Assembly (NCBI GenBank): GCA_951406725.2
Contig: OX597823.1
Span: 102,486,001 to 102,550,000 of the forward strand
Source: Octopus vulgaris
Lineage: Eukaryota
DNA: 64,000 nt
Reading direction: 5' to 3'
A program made the translations under genes and the position numbers. Shown piece by piece: positions 38,631-52,895 of the stretch (its first letter is position 1; every line of letters starts with the position of its first letter). Under the pieces are notes generated by a model. That model made no database searches. It was not told the DNA's origin and saw only the letters and a list, made by a program, of their open reading frames with translations.

Positions 38631-40353
38631 CCCTTTAGTGTTCAGACTGGCCAAAAATAATTCCCCTTTATTTGTTTGAAATTGGCCAAATCTGGCCATA
38701 TCTTATTCCTCTATGAAATCACTAAAAAAATAAACAAATCTCACTATTGAACTCTTGTTGCTTTGAGATAATGTAAGATAAAGCCTTTCCTGCCTTAATT
38801 CAAGTAAAAATACTGTGAAAGTTTTGAGACTTCTTGGGTTTTTTTCATCATTTAAAGAGAAGTGTATATCTTAGATTTTAATGATATGGTGTCACCAAGT
38901 AGCGATTCCAACTTTGAAAGTTTTACTCATGATGTACGAAATATAAACGAAAACAACAAAGATTTGTCTTTGGACGAATCTGATTTTGATATTTATGAAT
39001 CTTTGTCAGATGAGGAAGATTTTCATAATGAAAATGATATTGAAAACATTATGGCAACATGGTTGAAGATTACATCAACCACAATTCCCGATTTCACAGA
39101 AAAGACTAGTCAACAACACAGTATACCTCCCGATGCTTAAACATTCAAATATTTATTTTTATTTCTAACGAAAAGGTTTTTTGAAACTGTCATGGAGGAA
39201 ACATAAATATGCTCAATGCATAATTTCTATTCGTGGAAGACCCTACCCACTATGGCAACCAACTGATACTGCGGAAGTGTGAGCTTTTTTTACTCTAAAC
39301 ATTATGTTTGGTATCAAGCAGCTTCCTTGAATGTGGAACTACTGGAGTCCTGATATAAGGTATGGTAATCCATATATCTCCAGCATTATGTCTAACTATA
39401 GTTAATTCATATATTCTTAATGTAAAAAGCCACAAGGTACCTTCGCCACCAAAGGATTACAACCATTTGAAATTTTGGGTTGACATCGCATCTCAGTTAC
39501 ATGAGAGCTTTTCTTCCAGAGAGCACAGAACTGGGAGGAAAGCAAAATTAACTGAGGTGGATGTCAGCAGAGAAAATATTGATTTCCATAAAAGTTTGCA
39601 GACTATGTTCACTGCAAAAACAAAAAACTGCAAAAGGTTATCAGGTTGAGACCTTATGTATGTGTTCGTTTTGCAAAGTGCCCTTGTGTAAAGGGTGCTT
39701 TGGGCTGTTTCATGACAGAAATATGGCATAACTAAAATTATATGTGAAAGTGAGAAATACATGTTGATTTTCAGTCTGTTGCACACCTGTTTTCACCATT
39801 GTCTCACCTGTTAATGAGCTTTTTTTATTGGATGCATTCTATAATGTAAATGTATTCATTAAATTGTGTAAGAGTGCATAGCCAATGGTATATTAGCTAG
39901 TAAAAGAGTTTTGTACTTTATTTTCAATGAAAATGTTTGAATGAAATATAGAGAAAGAATAAAATCTTGTGCCGATTATACTTGTATTCTAATTCAAATT
40001 AATGTACTTCATCTTGAAAAGTGGCAAAATAGTTGGCAGTTGACATCTGGGATAATTTTAGTAATAAATCAAACAGGTAAGATGCTTAAGAACTTCAATT
40101 TTAGTGTTTATCTATAATGCTATTGTTTTTACACCTATTAATTAAATTTACCTTCCCATAAAAGTCAAATTTAATCAGAAAGATCAGCTAAAATTACCAC
40201 CGGTATATAAGCACCCACTGACAAATTTTAAAATTTGTATGTAAAAGATTAACGAAGTTACAAGCAAATATTGTGGACACCCCTCTTGAATAATTCAAAA
40301 TAATGTGAAGAAATAAGTATTACATTTGACAGATTAATCTGAACACTAAAGGG
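38631..40353 (+). mobile_element. Internally deleted piggyBac transposon
   Basis: 16-bp TIR CCCTTTAGTGTTCAGA at both ends; TTGA/TTAA flanks. Remnants: acidic N-terminus, ETxKYA...WQPTDTAEV..FF...YWS, IVNSYIL...HLKF, and C-terminal CRLC...CSFCKVPLCKGCFGLFH. Confidence 0.88.
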
Positions 40354-40571
40354 TTAAAGACTCAAATTATGTGGGTTTTTTTTTTCTTTTTTCAAATCTT
40401 CCTCGGGTCAACTTTGCCTTTCATCTCTCCAGTGACAATAAAATAAGTACCAGTCAAGTACAGCAGGGGTTTTGTTTACCCACTTCAGTCCAGTTTAAGG
40501 TCTTATGTCTATCTTAGAAAATATTGACACACTGTCAGCCACATGTTAAAAAAAAAACACTAAAATATAAA

Positions 40572-40735
40572 TATATTTCTTTATTGCCCACAAGGAGCTA
40601 AACACAGAGGGGACAAACAAAGGGATTAAGTTGATTACATCGACCCCAGTGCATAACTGGTACTTTATCGACCCTGAAAGGATGAAAGGCAAAGTCGACC
40701 TCGGCGGAATTTGAACTCAGAACGTAGTGGCGAGA
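40572..40735 (-). mobile_element. SINE family B
   Basis: GAAAGGATGAAAGGCAAAGTCGACCTCGGCGGAATTTGAACTCAGAACG. Confidence 0.8.
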
Positions 40736-42149
40736 GAGAATGTGTCCTGTTATTTCCAATGTATAAGAAGTGTGAGTGTCTATATTTATATGTTTTTCTT
40801 CCAGAAAATACCATATACTGCTGTTACCTGAATTGATGTTTGGTTAATTAAAAAAAAAGGCAATAATCTAACTTTTGTGTTATTGATATGATCTTGGTTT
40901 CTTGATTTTTCATGTAGAAATTGATGTGAAGATAGCAACTAAATTAATAATCAATCTATAGATTATTAACAATAATTATCATGTTTTCCTTTGCATGTCT
41001 GAAAGAGTTAGCAAGAATATATGACAGTAATACACACAAATCAAATTAACTGTTCACAAGAAATTTACAATCTCTGTCAAATACAATCATCATCCTCATT
41101 TAACATCCACTTTTCCAAGCTTGCATTGGTCAGACAGAATTTGTTGTAACAGATTTTTCTACTGCTGGATGCTCTTCCTGTCAACAAACTTCACCTGTTT
41201 CCGAGCAAAGTAGTATTTTCGTGGAGGACTGAAAACAGATAACCTTGCTTGTATAACTGATGCTCATTTACAACCATCATATAATAGACAGGGGTATACA
41301 CACACATATGCACAAACAAATTTCTTTCAATTTCCATCTACCAAATCCACTCACAAGGCTTTGATGAGCTATAGTAAAAGACACTTACCCAAAAAAAGAA
41401 AATAATGTGTTGCCTTTTTTTTTATGAATTTCATATGGCTTTTTATGAAAACTTTTTTTTCTGTGTTTGTGACAAGAAGGGCATCTGGCCATTGAAAGCT
41501 CTGCTCCAACATACTTTCATCTGAGTCATGCCACCATTCATAATGAGCATCATTATCATCTATGAGGATAATGAAATGTGTGTGTGTATAAAAAATTTAT
41601 ATATAAATACATCTATTACGTGTATATTTATATACATGCATATGTCAGTGTGTGTGTGTTCCCATGTGTCCAGTTAACTCCAGAATTCAAGGTGAGTTGT
41701 AGTTTTTTAGTGCAGTGCATTTCAGCCCTCCAGAGGCTTACAGTTTTGCTGTTTTTTTGCTAACTTCTGTGTTGATATGCTTCCTCCATGTGTTGGTTTG
41801 TGTTAGAACACTGCACTGGGTGTTATGGCTTTGAAGAAATGCTCCTAAGAATCCTGCAATAAAGTTGTTTGATAGATCCTATGTATCTTGCTCGACATGT
41901 ACAACTATATTTGTAGATTAAATTTTGGTTTGCAAACTGGACAAACACTGTCTAGTGACTCAGTCTCCAATCTGATTAGACAAACTTCTAAGAGAGCATG
42001 TTTCTTGTGTATTGTTGTTGTATTATCTAATGATGTGACTTTGTATTGTGATTCTAACAGGAAGAGCCAACCTCTTGACACAGTTTTAAACTGCTCTCAG
42101 TTATTTCCCTAATGTATTATGAGTTGACATAGATTCAGTTTTCTTAGTT

Positions 42150-43070
42150 TTCATGGCTTCATGTTTCTTTCTCTTTCCTTTTCTGTATATCCCTTGGTCT
42201 CTTTCTCTTTCCCTTTTTTGCTCCAGCAGTAGGATAGTTGGTTAAATTTCCATTAATAACCTCTGCCTGCTCAATAATGTGTGATCCAATTCTGTTTGGC
42301 CAGCACACTATGACAACCAAACTGACACTAATACATCTGTTGATAGGTCATCACTTTTTTCACAGTTCATTGGACTAATGGTGGACATCCAGCTTACTAC
42401 ATCTGAAATCAGTTTTCCTAACATGTATCTTTTCTTTATTTTCCTTCCACTTAGCTTATTTGACATTCCATTATTCAACTGTTATCCTTCAAATGCATCT
42501 CATGTTTGTACCATCTCATTTGTACCCCATTAGTTAACTGTTACCTTTCATATGCATCTTATGCTTGTACCAACTCCTTTGTACTCTATTGTTCAGGTGT
42601 GTTATCATTATAAATCCAGAACTATGCTCACTCCATTTCTTTTCAGCCTTTCTACAGCCACTGCACTTTGTATGCAAACATCATACACTCTGCTCTTCAC
42701 TCTTTGTTGCCATCAGAGTTAATAGTGCCTTGGACATTTCCAATTTCCACCCTGTTCTTATTTTGGCTGCTATTCATTCTAAACACCCACCCTCCTCTAT
42801 TACTATTTAGAAGCTATCAACTACTTTTTTTTTTTTTGTTAATCATTTGAAAGAATTTATATCTTGTTTCTCTTAGCGCTAACTACTCCAGCCTATCTGC
42901 TACATGCAAAGTTATATTTTTCTGCCAGCCCCTTTGTAATCCCACTGCACTTCTTATGCATGAATAATTTTATATTGGTTATAATGAATACAGTTCCTAA
43001 CTGGTCTTTTTTTGGGATACTAAACATGGCTACTGCCCAGATGATAATAGGATCCTGTTTTCTTTCTTGC
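42150..43070 (-). pseudogene. Highly decayed RTE RT C-terminal fragment
   Basis: Minus-strand VYDVCIQSAV resembles RTE LYDxCVxTAM; the rest is very degenerate. Confidence 0.35.
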
Positions 43071-45229
43071 TAAGACTTTGGAATTCCCAATTCTAAAGAT
43101 TTGTTTCCACATTTGAAATTTCTTCTCTTAATTTTTCAATAAATTTAACTAAGTTATCAGCATACAAAAGTTCCCATGAATTACAATTAAACATTTGGAG
43201 GCTGATAACTGAGTTCTGATGGATACCTACTTACATGCTAAATTCCTCATTGATCTTGTTGCTAACTCTTACCTTTATGGCAGCATCTCTGTAATCCAGA
43301 ATACAGTAGACAAGTTGGTTGGCTAGTTTTGAGTATCTGAATTCCTAGAGTGGTTAATGCTTCAAGTACTCTTGTGGTATCATGTCCATCATGGTGTAGA
43401 CAGAAAAAAATATTTGATTACTCGCCAGATGGGACACTCCTGGTACAGTTTGTCAGGAATCAACCTTTCAGTCTGGGCAAATAACAGAAAAGGAAGATCT
43501 CTCCATAAGGAATGGGGAAGGGAGCTGAGAATTTCCATGCCACAGTATAAGACTTTGAATTTAGCTAGTAAGCTGAACAAGGAGTTTTCATTGTTGTCGG
43601 AACAGTTTGAGTAATGGTGGGTACACCATTTTTTACACACTATGTTTAAAGGTTGACTACCAGAGAGAGCATATACACAATTTCTAGTAGTTAGAAGAGA
43701 ACCTTAATGATTTCTTACATAGACACAAGTCCTGAAATTGATGGAGGAATATAATCAATTATATTGATCTCAGTACTTGACTGGTACTTTATTTTGTTTG
43801 ATCTTGGAAGGATGAAAGGTAGAATTGCTCTTTGTGGAATTTAAACTCAGAATGTAATGGCTAAGAACAAATACAACAGTGTGCTTTTTTGATGCTCTAA
43901 CAGTTCTGCCAATCGAGAAATAATAAATAATGGCGGTGCCCCAGCATGGCCACAGCTCTTGAGCTGAAACTAGATAAAATAAAATAAAAAATAAAATATA
44001 TGCTTAGTTAACATGCTCACTCACAACATTATCCTTGAGAAATAAAGACTATATCATCTTCACAAGCTACTGGTATTGAAGAAGGCTGATTACTTACCTA
44101 AATAAATTTTTGATGGAACCACTGATGGAGAGAGAGAGACACCATTTCATGTTTGTATAGTGACTTGCAGAGAGAAAGAGAGAGGAGGGAGCGTGTTTAC
44201 AATTTGTCATAGTTATAGGAGATCCTTAATAAAAATGATGGAAATAATAATTGTTCTTCATTAGTTCAAAGTTAGCAAACTAACTTGTATTAGCTTCTTT
44301 GAAAAATGGAGAATATTATTCTGATGTCCAGGTATGTATATATAATTTATCAAATTTGGAGAATTTGTATTAGTTGTTGAAGCAAATATTTCATTTCCTA
44401 ATGCAAGCCATCCAACTATAAGATTGAATTCAGGTGAATAAAATTAATTGACTGCTTTTGCTTTGGCAGAAAAAATAAATGAATATAATATTGAAATTTT
44501 CTTCAAAATCAACTAGATTCACTGAAGCAAATATAAAAATGTGCCTGTAATATGATTTGAACATATAACTTTTGGTAAAGTAGAACACTACATACAGTGT
44601 CATTCCTCCAATATTTCTTTTTAATAAAGAAATTATCTAAAATAAACTATATATTTAACAGTGCATTCTCCATACTGTGTACAGAAATAATGCATATTTA
44701 TTGGTTATTTAAATATTCTAGAAAACCCAACTGAGAAGAAATATTTTCTAAAACAAAATGTTTTCCATCTTTTCACTATTGAGCTTACCAGCAAATCTTT
44801 TTTTATACTCTTGAGTTTATTGCAACAGAAAATCTGTGTAATAGTTATGATATATTTCTGAGATTATAAAGCCATACATTATAGGGGAAGCAAATGATTT
44901 ACAATGTTATACAAAATTCCTAATTCATGTCATCGGCTTCATCATCATCATCATCAATATTTATATATGTCTGCTTTTTCTATGTCAGCATGGGTTAGAT
45001 GAGATTTGTTGTGTCAGTTTTCTACAGCTTGATGCCATTCCTGTTGCCAACCCTTACCTATTTCCAAGTAAAGTATTTATGCATCTGGTCTCAGCAAACC
45101 AGGAAATTAAAGTTAACCATGTAGAAAGGCATGATACCAAGTTTCAGTTAAGGTTAGCTATATTTTGGAAATAAATCGATTCCAGTAAATTTTCCAAAAC
45201 CTCAGGAAATAGAATCCCTTGGTTTTTAC

Positions 45230-45500
45230 TGTTTTATAAGGAGAGAATGCTGCACTGTCAGGGCCATGTGATATAATGGGAGGATGCCAGCTGTGCAAAG
45301 AGGTAGGGAACATTTGAAGTTGATGTAACGTGTGGAAGACATGAGATGATGTGATGAACCTAAGGAGTCAGGAGATGATGGGATGGACATATTTCAAGAC
45401 CATGAATCTCAACTAGGAGTGGAGATAACAAATGCAATGAAAAGCAACATGTAGCATTGGAGAACGGCCATCTGTCTGCGCAAACATTGCAAAACAGTCA
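45230..45500 (+). pseudogene. Decayed RTE ORF end
   Basis: RMLHCQGHVI*WEDASCAKR*GTFEVDVTCGR resembles the WYGHV...EDSCVKKCRTLAVEGTCGR segment. Confidence 0.5.
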
Positions 45501-46976
45501 TTTACATGGTGGTTGGTGATGGAGGTTGAGCTGTATAAAAAAAACCTACTTTGGGTCTCCCTTTGTTTCTGTTAAATCTCCATCTGCTACATTTTTCATT
45601 ACCTACTCATTTGTCACTCATGCCACCTGTTTAATGAGATGTCACTTGATTTGTCTCAATCCAACATCACCCTTCTTTTCCACTGTGATGCCTGTCTAAT
45701 AACAGATTCATTAAATCTGACCACTCTCTCTCTCCTTCTTCTCACTTTCCATCAGCATCTGCTATTCTGGCTTTCCTTCCCTCATCTCTATTGCTATTCA
45801 GCACTCATTTTAACCATCACCCATTCTTCTTGGTATCCCACCATGCCCCACACTTCATGCTTTTTCTATTGAATCTCTTTACCAAAATCCAATCTGTAGC
45901 TATCACTATCTTTTTTCTATTACTCCCTCTCCTGCCATCTTCTTACTCCTATCACTATGTTACCCTTATTATACTCATACTCCTCCAATCTCTTGGTTAT
46001 CACTCTCCATTCTGTTCACTCTTTTCTTCACATTTGCCTTGAACAAACGCCATTTCTACCTGTATTTATTTTTATCTTCTCAAGCTTAAGTCTGCAACTG
46101 TCAATCACCCCAAACTGCAACTCACATTATTTTTCTAAATATATTTCGGACAATCTGTGCACTGCATATCTTTTATCATCCAATAATTATGTTGATGCTT
46201 TGTTATCTTTGTAATTTTGTGCTGCTGATTTATTTCAGAAGTGCTTTTGCTGCCCTGCATCACTCCACCTCAATCAGTATTAGGACTCCTGTGAATTATG
46301 GTTTGTTTGTCTTCAGAAATGCCATACCAGTCTTTATCACAAATCAATAACTTGCAAAACTAGCTCTATTCTATCTAGAATAGCGTTGAAGTAGTCTTCA
46401 AAATATTGATACATTATTGACCTCTCCTCTTCTTGTGTTGCTTAACTATCAAACTGTGTACCCCATTCCACCCAGGTCTACCTGATCTCCCCATCTCCCC
46501 TTCTCCTACCACTCTCACTGTGTTTCATTCAAACCTTGTAAAAAACAACTTTGCTCAGTCCTTTCTTCACAGAATTGCCATCCTCTACAATTTTCTCTCC
46601 ACTTAACACTCTCGTAAAGATTGACCTACCACATGTTCTATCTAAACAAGCATTCTAGAAGATCAAATAAAGAAGGTCATGGGCACCTATTTCTCTTCCT
46701 GGTCTAACTTACAAAGACAATGCTGTCAGCATGTTTTAATTAGGGTTAATATAATCTCTGTTTTTATCTTCAAAATTAAGTCTTAAGCTTTAGCATCATA
46801 AAATGTTGAAGATACTGCATTTGAAGAAATGTTTAAAATATTGAATTTGGTAAAATATTGAAATATAGGCACAGCAAGGCTCTGGTGTAAGAAATTTGCT
46901 TCTCAACCACATGGTTCTGGATTCAGTACTGCTGTATGGCACCTTAGGCAAGTGTTTTCTATTGCAGCACCTGAGT

Positions 46977-47229
46977 AGTAACGGTAAAGTTACCTTTTTG
47001 AGTCATATCGACTCGTAAGGGCCAGTTTCATGGCATATACATTCCCCACCTGGGTGGGATGCTGTCCATTGCAGGATTACTTATTTTTGCCAACTGCATG
47101 GATTGGAGCAACGTAAAATGAAGTGTTTTACTCAAGAATACATAATGTTGCCCGGTCTAGGAATTGAAACCACAGTCTTACGATCATGAGCCTGATACCC
47201 TAACCCCTAAGCCACACGCCTCCACAATC
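46977..47229 (-). mobile_element. SINE family C inserted next to a family-A 5' fragment
   Basis: Reverse complement begins GGAGGCGTGTGGCTTAGGGGTTAGGG...GGTTTCAATTCC; CCTGAGT is duplicated at 46970 and 47230 (possible TSD). Confidence 0.6.
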
Positions 47230-48939
47230 CCTGAGTGCTAAAGAGTTGAAATAGTAGGAATGTAATTTGAGGGATATTTAGCTACTATTTTCAGTAGGTC
47301 ATTATCTCCGCTGTCCTCAATTATTTTGTCTTGAGTTAAGAATTGATATTTCATTATGCTAGTTCTTCAAAGCACTGATTTGTGATTATGATGATGAGCA
47401 AGCAACCAAATCCACCCAGAATTCCATTTCCAGAACTTTGTCCTCTTGGTTATTTTCCCAGAAACATTTTCTCCAATTCTCATCCTCAATCTGTTGTAAA
47501 TCAAGTTAGCTACTCCTTTATTTTTCTCACATCCTGTTTTTAAATCTGAGATTGCAATTTATATTTGTATTTCAAATCTGCATTCATTTCATCATCATCA
47601 TCATATGTCTGTTTTACATGCTGGCTGGCTTGGGTCATTTGACAGGATCCGGTGAGCAGCAGGGCTGCATCAGTCCCCATGTCAGCTTTGGCATAGTTTC
47701 TACTGCTGGATGCCCTACCTAACACCATAATAGTCGCATTATCTTTTATCTTGCTTTTTTGTTGTTTTTTATAACTTGTTCCACTCATTAGACTGTGGCC
47801 ATACTGGGGCACTAACTTGAATTTTTAGTTGAATGACTTGACCCTAATACTTTTTTTTTTAAGCCTAGTACTTGTTCTATCTGTTTTAAGTACTGGGGTT
47901 AATTTGATTAAAACTCATGGTGGTGCCCCAGTATGGTCGCAGTCTAATGACTGAAACAACTTTATGATTACAGATATTTTCACTTCTTGAATATTAAATG
48001 CCTTTTGATTATATTACTTTGTTATTTTAATACGCAGACATGAATTAGCTCTTAGTTTTTATCTCTTGTTATTTCTACTTTTTAATCCTTTCTATTGTAA
48101 TTGGGTATAAATGAAGTTGTTTGTTGCTCAATGATCATTTCCCTGTATATTTTCGATCTGCTGATAACACTTTAGATTGAAAACTTTGAACTCACATTCA
48201 GTTAGGTTTCTGATGATAAAAAGTTTCAGCTACCTGGGCCATACATAGAACACTATTACTGATAAGAAAGTCCAGTGAAATATTAAGTAGATTGACAATA
48301 GGGTACCTGAAATTTAGTTTACAGAAAATCATGAACTCTACACTTTATTGACATAAAAATCAAATTTTCAATGAGATTTACAGTATCAGCTTTTTTTTTT
48401 AATTTTATTTTATATATTTATTTATTTATTGTTCTATCTTTGCTACCCAATTCCCAATTAGAACTTATCCAGGCCAAACTCATTTTATGTATATTGGATT
48501 TATGTCTTAGATTTACAATTACAATCAGCCTCTCTTTCACTTTATTTTTCTGGTGCCTATTTGTTCTCCATCCCCACCTGAACTTTTTCCTGCTTGCTTT
48601 TCCTACATTGTTAGTGAACTCAAAATCTTGTTCTACTGTTTTGTTTATTTGTTAGTTTTGTGTTTAAATTAGTATAGAAGATTTGATTTCTATCTGTTTA
48701 AAAAAATGTGATTGATAAGATGCAGTTACTGATTATGGAGTCTATAGTTTCAAATCATCTCCATCCAGATGTGTTTAGATTGCAACAATTCCATTGAATC
48801 TACAACTATTATGGCATCACGTGAGAGAAAATCCCACCCTTACACATAATTTGATTTCTTTCACTTAAAAAAGCAACCAGACAGATGAATATATTTTGGT
48901 TGACTATGTAATATATATTGCGCAGTCAGCTGTGATACA

Positions 48940-50197
48940 TCAGGTCATCCCATAAGTACTGTCCAAATTTTGAATAAAGAAAACAAGTGATCAAATGTTA
49001 TATTTAATTAAAATTTAATCATCAATGTACTTTCCCTGATTATCTATGACTTCCTTCCATCTATTTACAAGCTTTTTAATCCCATCAATGTAAAACTCTT
49101 TTGGTTTTGAAAGTGAAGAACTCTGAAATGTCAGTTTCAACCTTCTCCTGGCTTGCAAAAGTTATATTCCCTAAATGATTCTGTAAACTACGAAACAAAT
49201 GGTAGTCTGAAGGAGCAAGGTCAGGAGAATAAGATGGATGAGGAATTTTTTCCCAACCAAGATCTTTGATCTTCTGTGATGTGATCTTTGCAGTGTGGGG
49301 TTGCGCATTGTCCTGATGAAACATCACTCCTTTTCGATTCACTAAAGCTGGTCTTTTTTTCTTCAAAGCTTGGTTCAAATGCTCTAATTGCTGACAGTAG
49401 ACTTGAGCATTGATTGTTGCATTAGGTGGTAACAATTCAAAGTGAATTACTCCTTTGCAATCCTACCAGATAGAGAGAAGAATATTTTTCCCCATGAAGT
49501 TCCCTTCTCAGTTGTGGTTGAGCTTTTTCCCTTTTACCAAGCCACTGTTTACGGCATTTAACATTTCAATTGAAGATTCATTTTTCATCACAAGTCTATC
49601 CAAAAAGGGTGAAATGAGTTCGCAAGAATGGAGAGAAGAGCAGATGTCAACTCAGGATTTGCAGTTGCTTTTGGACAATTCATGAGGCACCCATTTTCCA
49701 AGTTTAGGAACCTTTCCAAGTTGTTGAAGATGACGATGAACAGTTGTATGGTTTGAACTAAGCTTTATTGCCAATCCTTTAACTGATAATACAGCATTTC
49801 TTCAAGTAATGCCTCAAGGAGCTTATCAACAAACTCAACTGGACGTCCTGTTCAATCTTCATCTTCAAGGCTGAAATCTCCACTTCTGAATTTTGCAAAC
49901 CATCTTCTGCAAGTTCTTTCATTCAAGCATTCTTTCCCATAAACTGAGTGTATGTTTTGAGTTGCTTCAGCTGCAGAGTTTCCTTTTTTGTACTCATAAA
50001 GCATTATGTGCCTTTCTAACATGGAAGTATCCAAAGAAATTTTAATTCTATTATTCTTTAAAATAATATTTAATTAGTTTAAATGTACACAAATGCATAA
50101 AAATAATTTTTTATTCCATTAGACATTCTAAAATACTATTAAATTTCATTCAGTTTTAAAAACACTAAAATCAGACAGAACTTATGGGATGACCTTA
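48940..50197 (-). mobile_element. Near full-length mariner (DD34D) transposon with disrupted transposase
   Basis: ~28-bp TIRs AGGTCATCCCATAAGT(A/T)CTGTC; TA right flank (CA left). N-terminal HTH region RHIMLYEYKKGNSAAEAT...CRRWFAKFRSGDFSLED, GKWVPHELS (~49673-49699), HQDNAQPH, PHPSYSPDLAPSDYHLF; stops and frameshifts present. Confidence 0.95.
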
Positions 50198-50199
50198 TA

Positions 50200-50263
<64 letters not shown>

Positions 50264-50351
50264 ATATTTATATATGTGTGTGTGTGTGTGTATGTTTATG
50301 TGTGTGTGTATGTATATATATGTGTGTGTGTCTGTGTATATACACATAAAT

Positions 50352-51135
50352 AAATAAATGGAGTTAAATGCAGATGTTCTTGAAATTCTTTTACTTCAGC
50401 CATATGTTTCAAAGACACCATTGGTATTATTCCAGAAGGAATAAAATGGTGTAAAACAATGCAACCTCATCAGGGAAAGAAAGAAACCAAACCCATCAAT
50501 AACACATTTTAACAGAATGTGATGACTGTGTATAATGATGAAAGGAATGTTATTAAGTTTTTTTTTATAAAAAACTGTTAGTAGATATAACGTCAAAGGT
50601 AGCATATAGAAAGAGGCGGAGGAGGAGAAGGAAATAAATTAGCAGAAAACTAATAGTGGAAAAATATAGAGCGATGGGTGAATTAGAATAAAGCTTAAAA
50701 GCTTTAGTTCCTATAAGTGATTTCTAGCATTCTGTATAATTTGATCTTTGATTGTCTTCATCATCATCTTCTACTAAATATATCTAATTCCATGCTTCTA
50801 AGCTTTATTCTAATTCACCCATCGCTCTATATTTTTCCACTATTAGTTTTCTTCTAATTTTTTTCCTCCTTCTCCTTCTATTTGCTAACTTTGACGTTAT
50901 ATCTACTAACGGTTTAAAAAAAAAAAACTTAATAGCGTTCCCATCATCAAATACTCAATCATCACATTCTGTTAAAATGTCTTATTGATGTGTTTGGTTT
51001 CTTTCTTTCCCCGATAAGAAAATTACATTGTTTTACACCATTTTATTCCTTCTGGAATAATACCAATGTTGTCTTTGAAACATATGTCGGAAGTACAAGA
51101 ATTTGAATAACACGTGCATTTCACTCCATTTATTT
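50352..51135. repeat. Long imperfect inverted repeat (foldback), ~350-bp arms, ~90-bp spacer
   Basis: 50352-50702 versus reverse complement of 50794-51135, with long exact blocks such as ATTGGTATTATTCCAGAAGGAATAAAATGGTGTAAAACAATG and AGAAAACTAATAGTGGAAAAATATAGAGCGATGGGTGAATTAGAATAAAGCTTA. Confidence 0.9.
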
Positions 51136-51291
51136 GTCTATATTATACTATATATATATATATATACATACATACATACATACATACATACATACATACA
51201 TACATACATACATACATACATACATACATTCGCCATGATGGATCACTAGCCACTGCACATTCTTTATTTTCTCTCCCTGTTTCTTTGTGTT

Positions 51292-51329
51292 CCTTTCTGT
51301 GGAAGAGTGTAGGCTCGAAACGTTAAAGG
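51292..51329 (+). ncRNA. Type-I hammerhead-like motif, CUGUNGA variant, copy B (PLE pLTR fragment ~51230-51420)
   Basis: CCUUU-CUGUGGA-A-GAGU-guag-GCUC-GAAAC-GUU-AAAGG. Confidence 0.6.
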
Positions 51330-51422
51330 CTTTTTCACTTCCTGAGCGTTAAACTAATACATCTGTTTGTTGTCTACACCACCTGTCTTTGTTGGGGTTT
51401 TTTTGTGAATTTTCCTTATAAA

Positions 51423-51464
<42 letters not shown>

Positions 51465-52229
51465 ATATTGCCTGGAGGACCTATCTGCAATGATAATATC
51501 AAGGTTTCAACTCATTAGTTGTCTAGCTGTTTCAACTGTTGCAAAAATTATGACTTTGGTGTGTAAATAATTCTGTTCTTATTGAAAATATTCTGTGTTA
51601 CTATGAAAGAATTTATTCCAGCTGTAAATGCAGACCAATATTAGTTTATTCAAGAAAATTTCTATTGCTGGAAACGATCAACTATTAAAGCATCATTTAA
51701 TATTTGTTTCATTTATTTATTTATTTATAAAGTATAATTATTTTCTTGCTAAGGTCTAATTGGCAATTATGTTAAATTACTTCTCTAACTCAATTTTTTA
51801 TTTCTTTTCTCAGTTAATCTGAAATATAAATGTTGCATGAGCTCATTTAAGATTCTTTTAGATTTTAAAATAAACATCAATATTCACATAGTTTAATTAC
51901 TTCAAAAGTTTTCTTTCTATTAATTCTAATCAGTTGGTTGCTAATTAGTAATTTCATTGTGAGGAATGACTTTTGTAGAAGATATTTGCTATAATCTACA
52001 AAAAACATATTTAGAGCTTTAAACTTCCCAAATGCAAAATATTGAGAAATTTCATTAACACTAAGTAGGCTGTAAATGACTTGATCTGGCAATCAATATC
52101 ATTAGTTGCTATTGTTTTGCCTATCGAGTCATATTTGATCACGCAAACTTAGAATTAAAGGTGTTCAAACCATGACTAAGATGTCTTCATTTTTCAGCAA
52201 TAGTGTATCCTGGACTGCAATGTCTAGTG

Positions 52230-52895
52230 CAGGCCTGGCCAACTTGAATTACATTGCAGGACAAAAGTTTTTTGAGGGCCACTTGTATACTGACGGAATT
52301 GAAAGCATTTTGCTTTCTCATGCTGTTATTACAATAACGAATGAATGATCGTTGATTCAACATGAAATATCTTCATTGCAAAAACTGTAGTATCTTTCTT
52401 TTTTACTTTTCACAAATCTCTATATATATAAAGCTGAAGTTGTCTGTGTATGGCAGGTTTGGTAGCCTTTAACTGACACTATCTCCTCTGAGACCCTGCG
52501 GCGCAAGTTGACCAAAATTGAGAATATGATAGAAGAAGGCTTGCTCTTCCTTCCGTAGAAGAAAAAATTCAAATCGGATCATGTTAACACCAAAAATTAT
52601 TTACATCAAAAAGGTGCTTTTTTTCTATGAAAATCCCTATTTTTTACGATTTTTTGACTGCTGTGTCACCATTTTTCGGTGTATTTCAACCAGAAAAATG
52701 TTCACTTAAAGAGAATAACAAGCTACATAATGCAAAATTTTTACTTTTCAAAAATTCCAATTCTAAAGGGTCGAAACAAACCTGATCAATGCCGGGCAAT
52801 ACTGCTAGTTTTTGATAAAATTTTTTAAATGTTTGTTTAAATAAACCCATTTCAAGAAAGCATGCAGCCTGCAAGCCTTGTGTTGGCCAGCCTTG
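52230..52895. mobile_element. hAT-type MITE interrupted by a Helitron
   Basis: TIRs CAGGCCTGGCCAAC / reverse complement CAAGGCTGGCCAAC; 8-bp TSD GTCTAGTG versus GTATAGTG (7/8). Confidence 0.75.
52417..52808 (+). mobile_element. Non-autonomous Helitron nested in the hAT MITE
   Basis: A|TCTCTATATATATAAAGCTGAAG...GCCGGGCAATACTGCTAG|T. Confidence 0.82.

Noticed and set aside
43140-43670. Possible Gypsy RNase H remnant on the minus strand
   Set aside because: Only faint motif resemblance; too degenerate to support without a search.
45600-46660. Possible old CR1/Jockey-like 3' fragment
   Set aside because: Only one weak motif (QSFLHRIAILYNFL) in pyrimidine-rich sequence.
49085-50034. Functional or domesticated mariner transposase
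   Set aside because: The ORF is broken by several stops and frameshifts.
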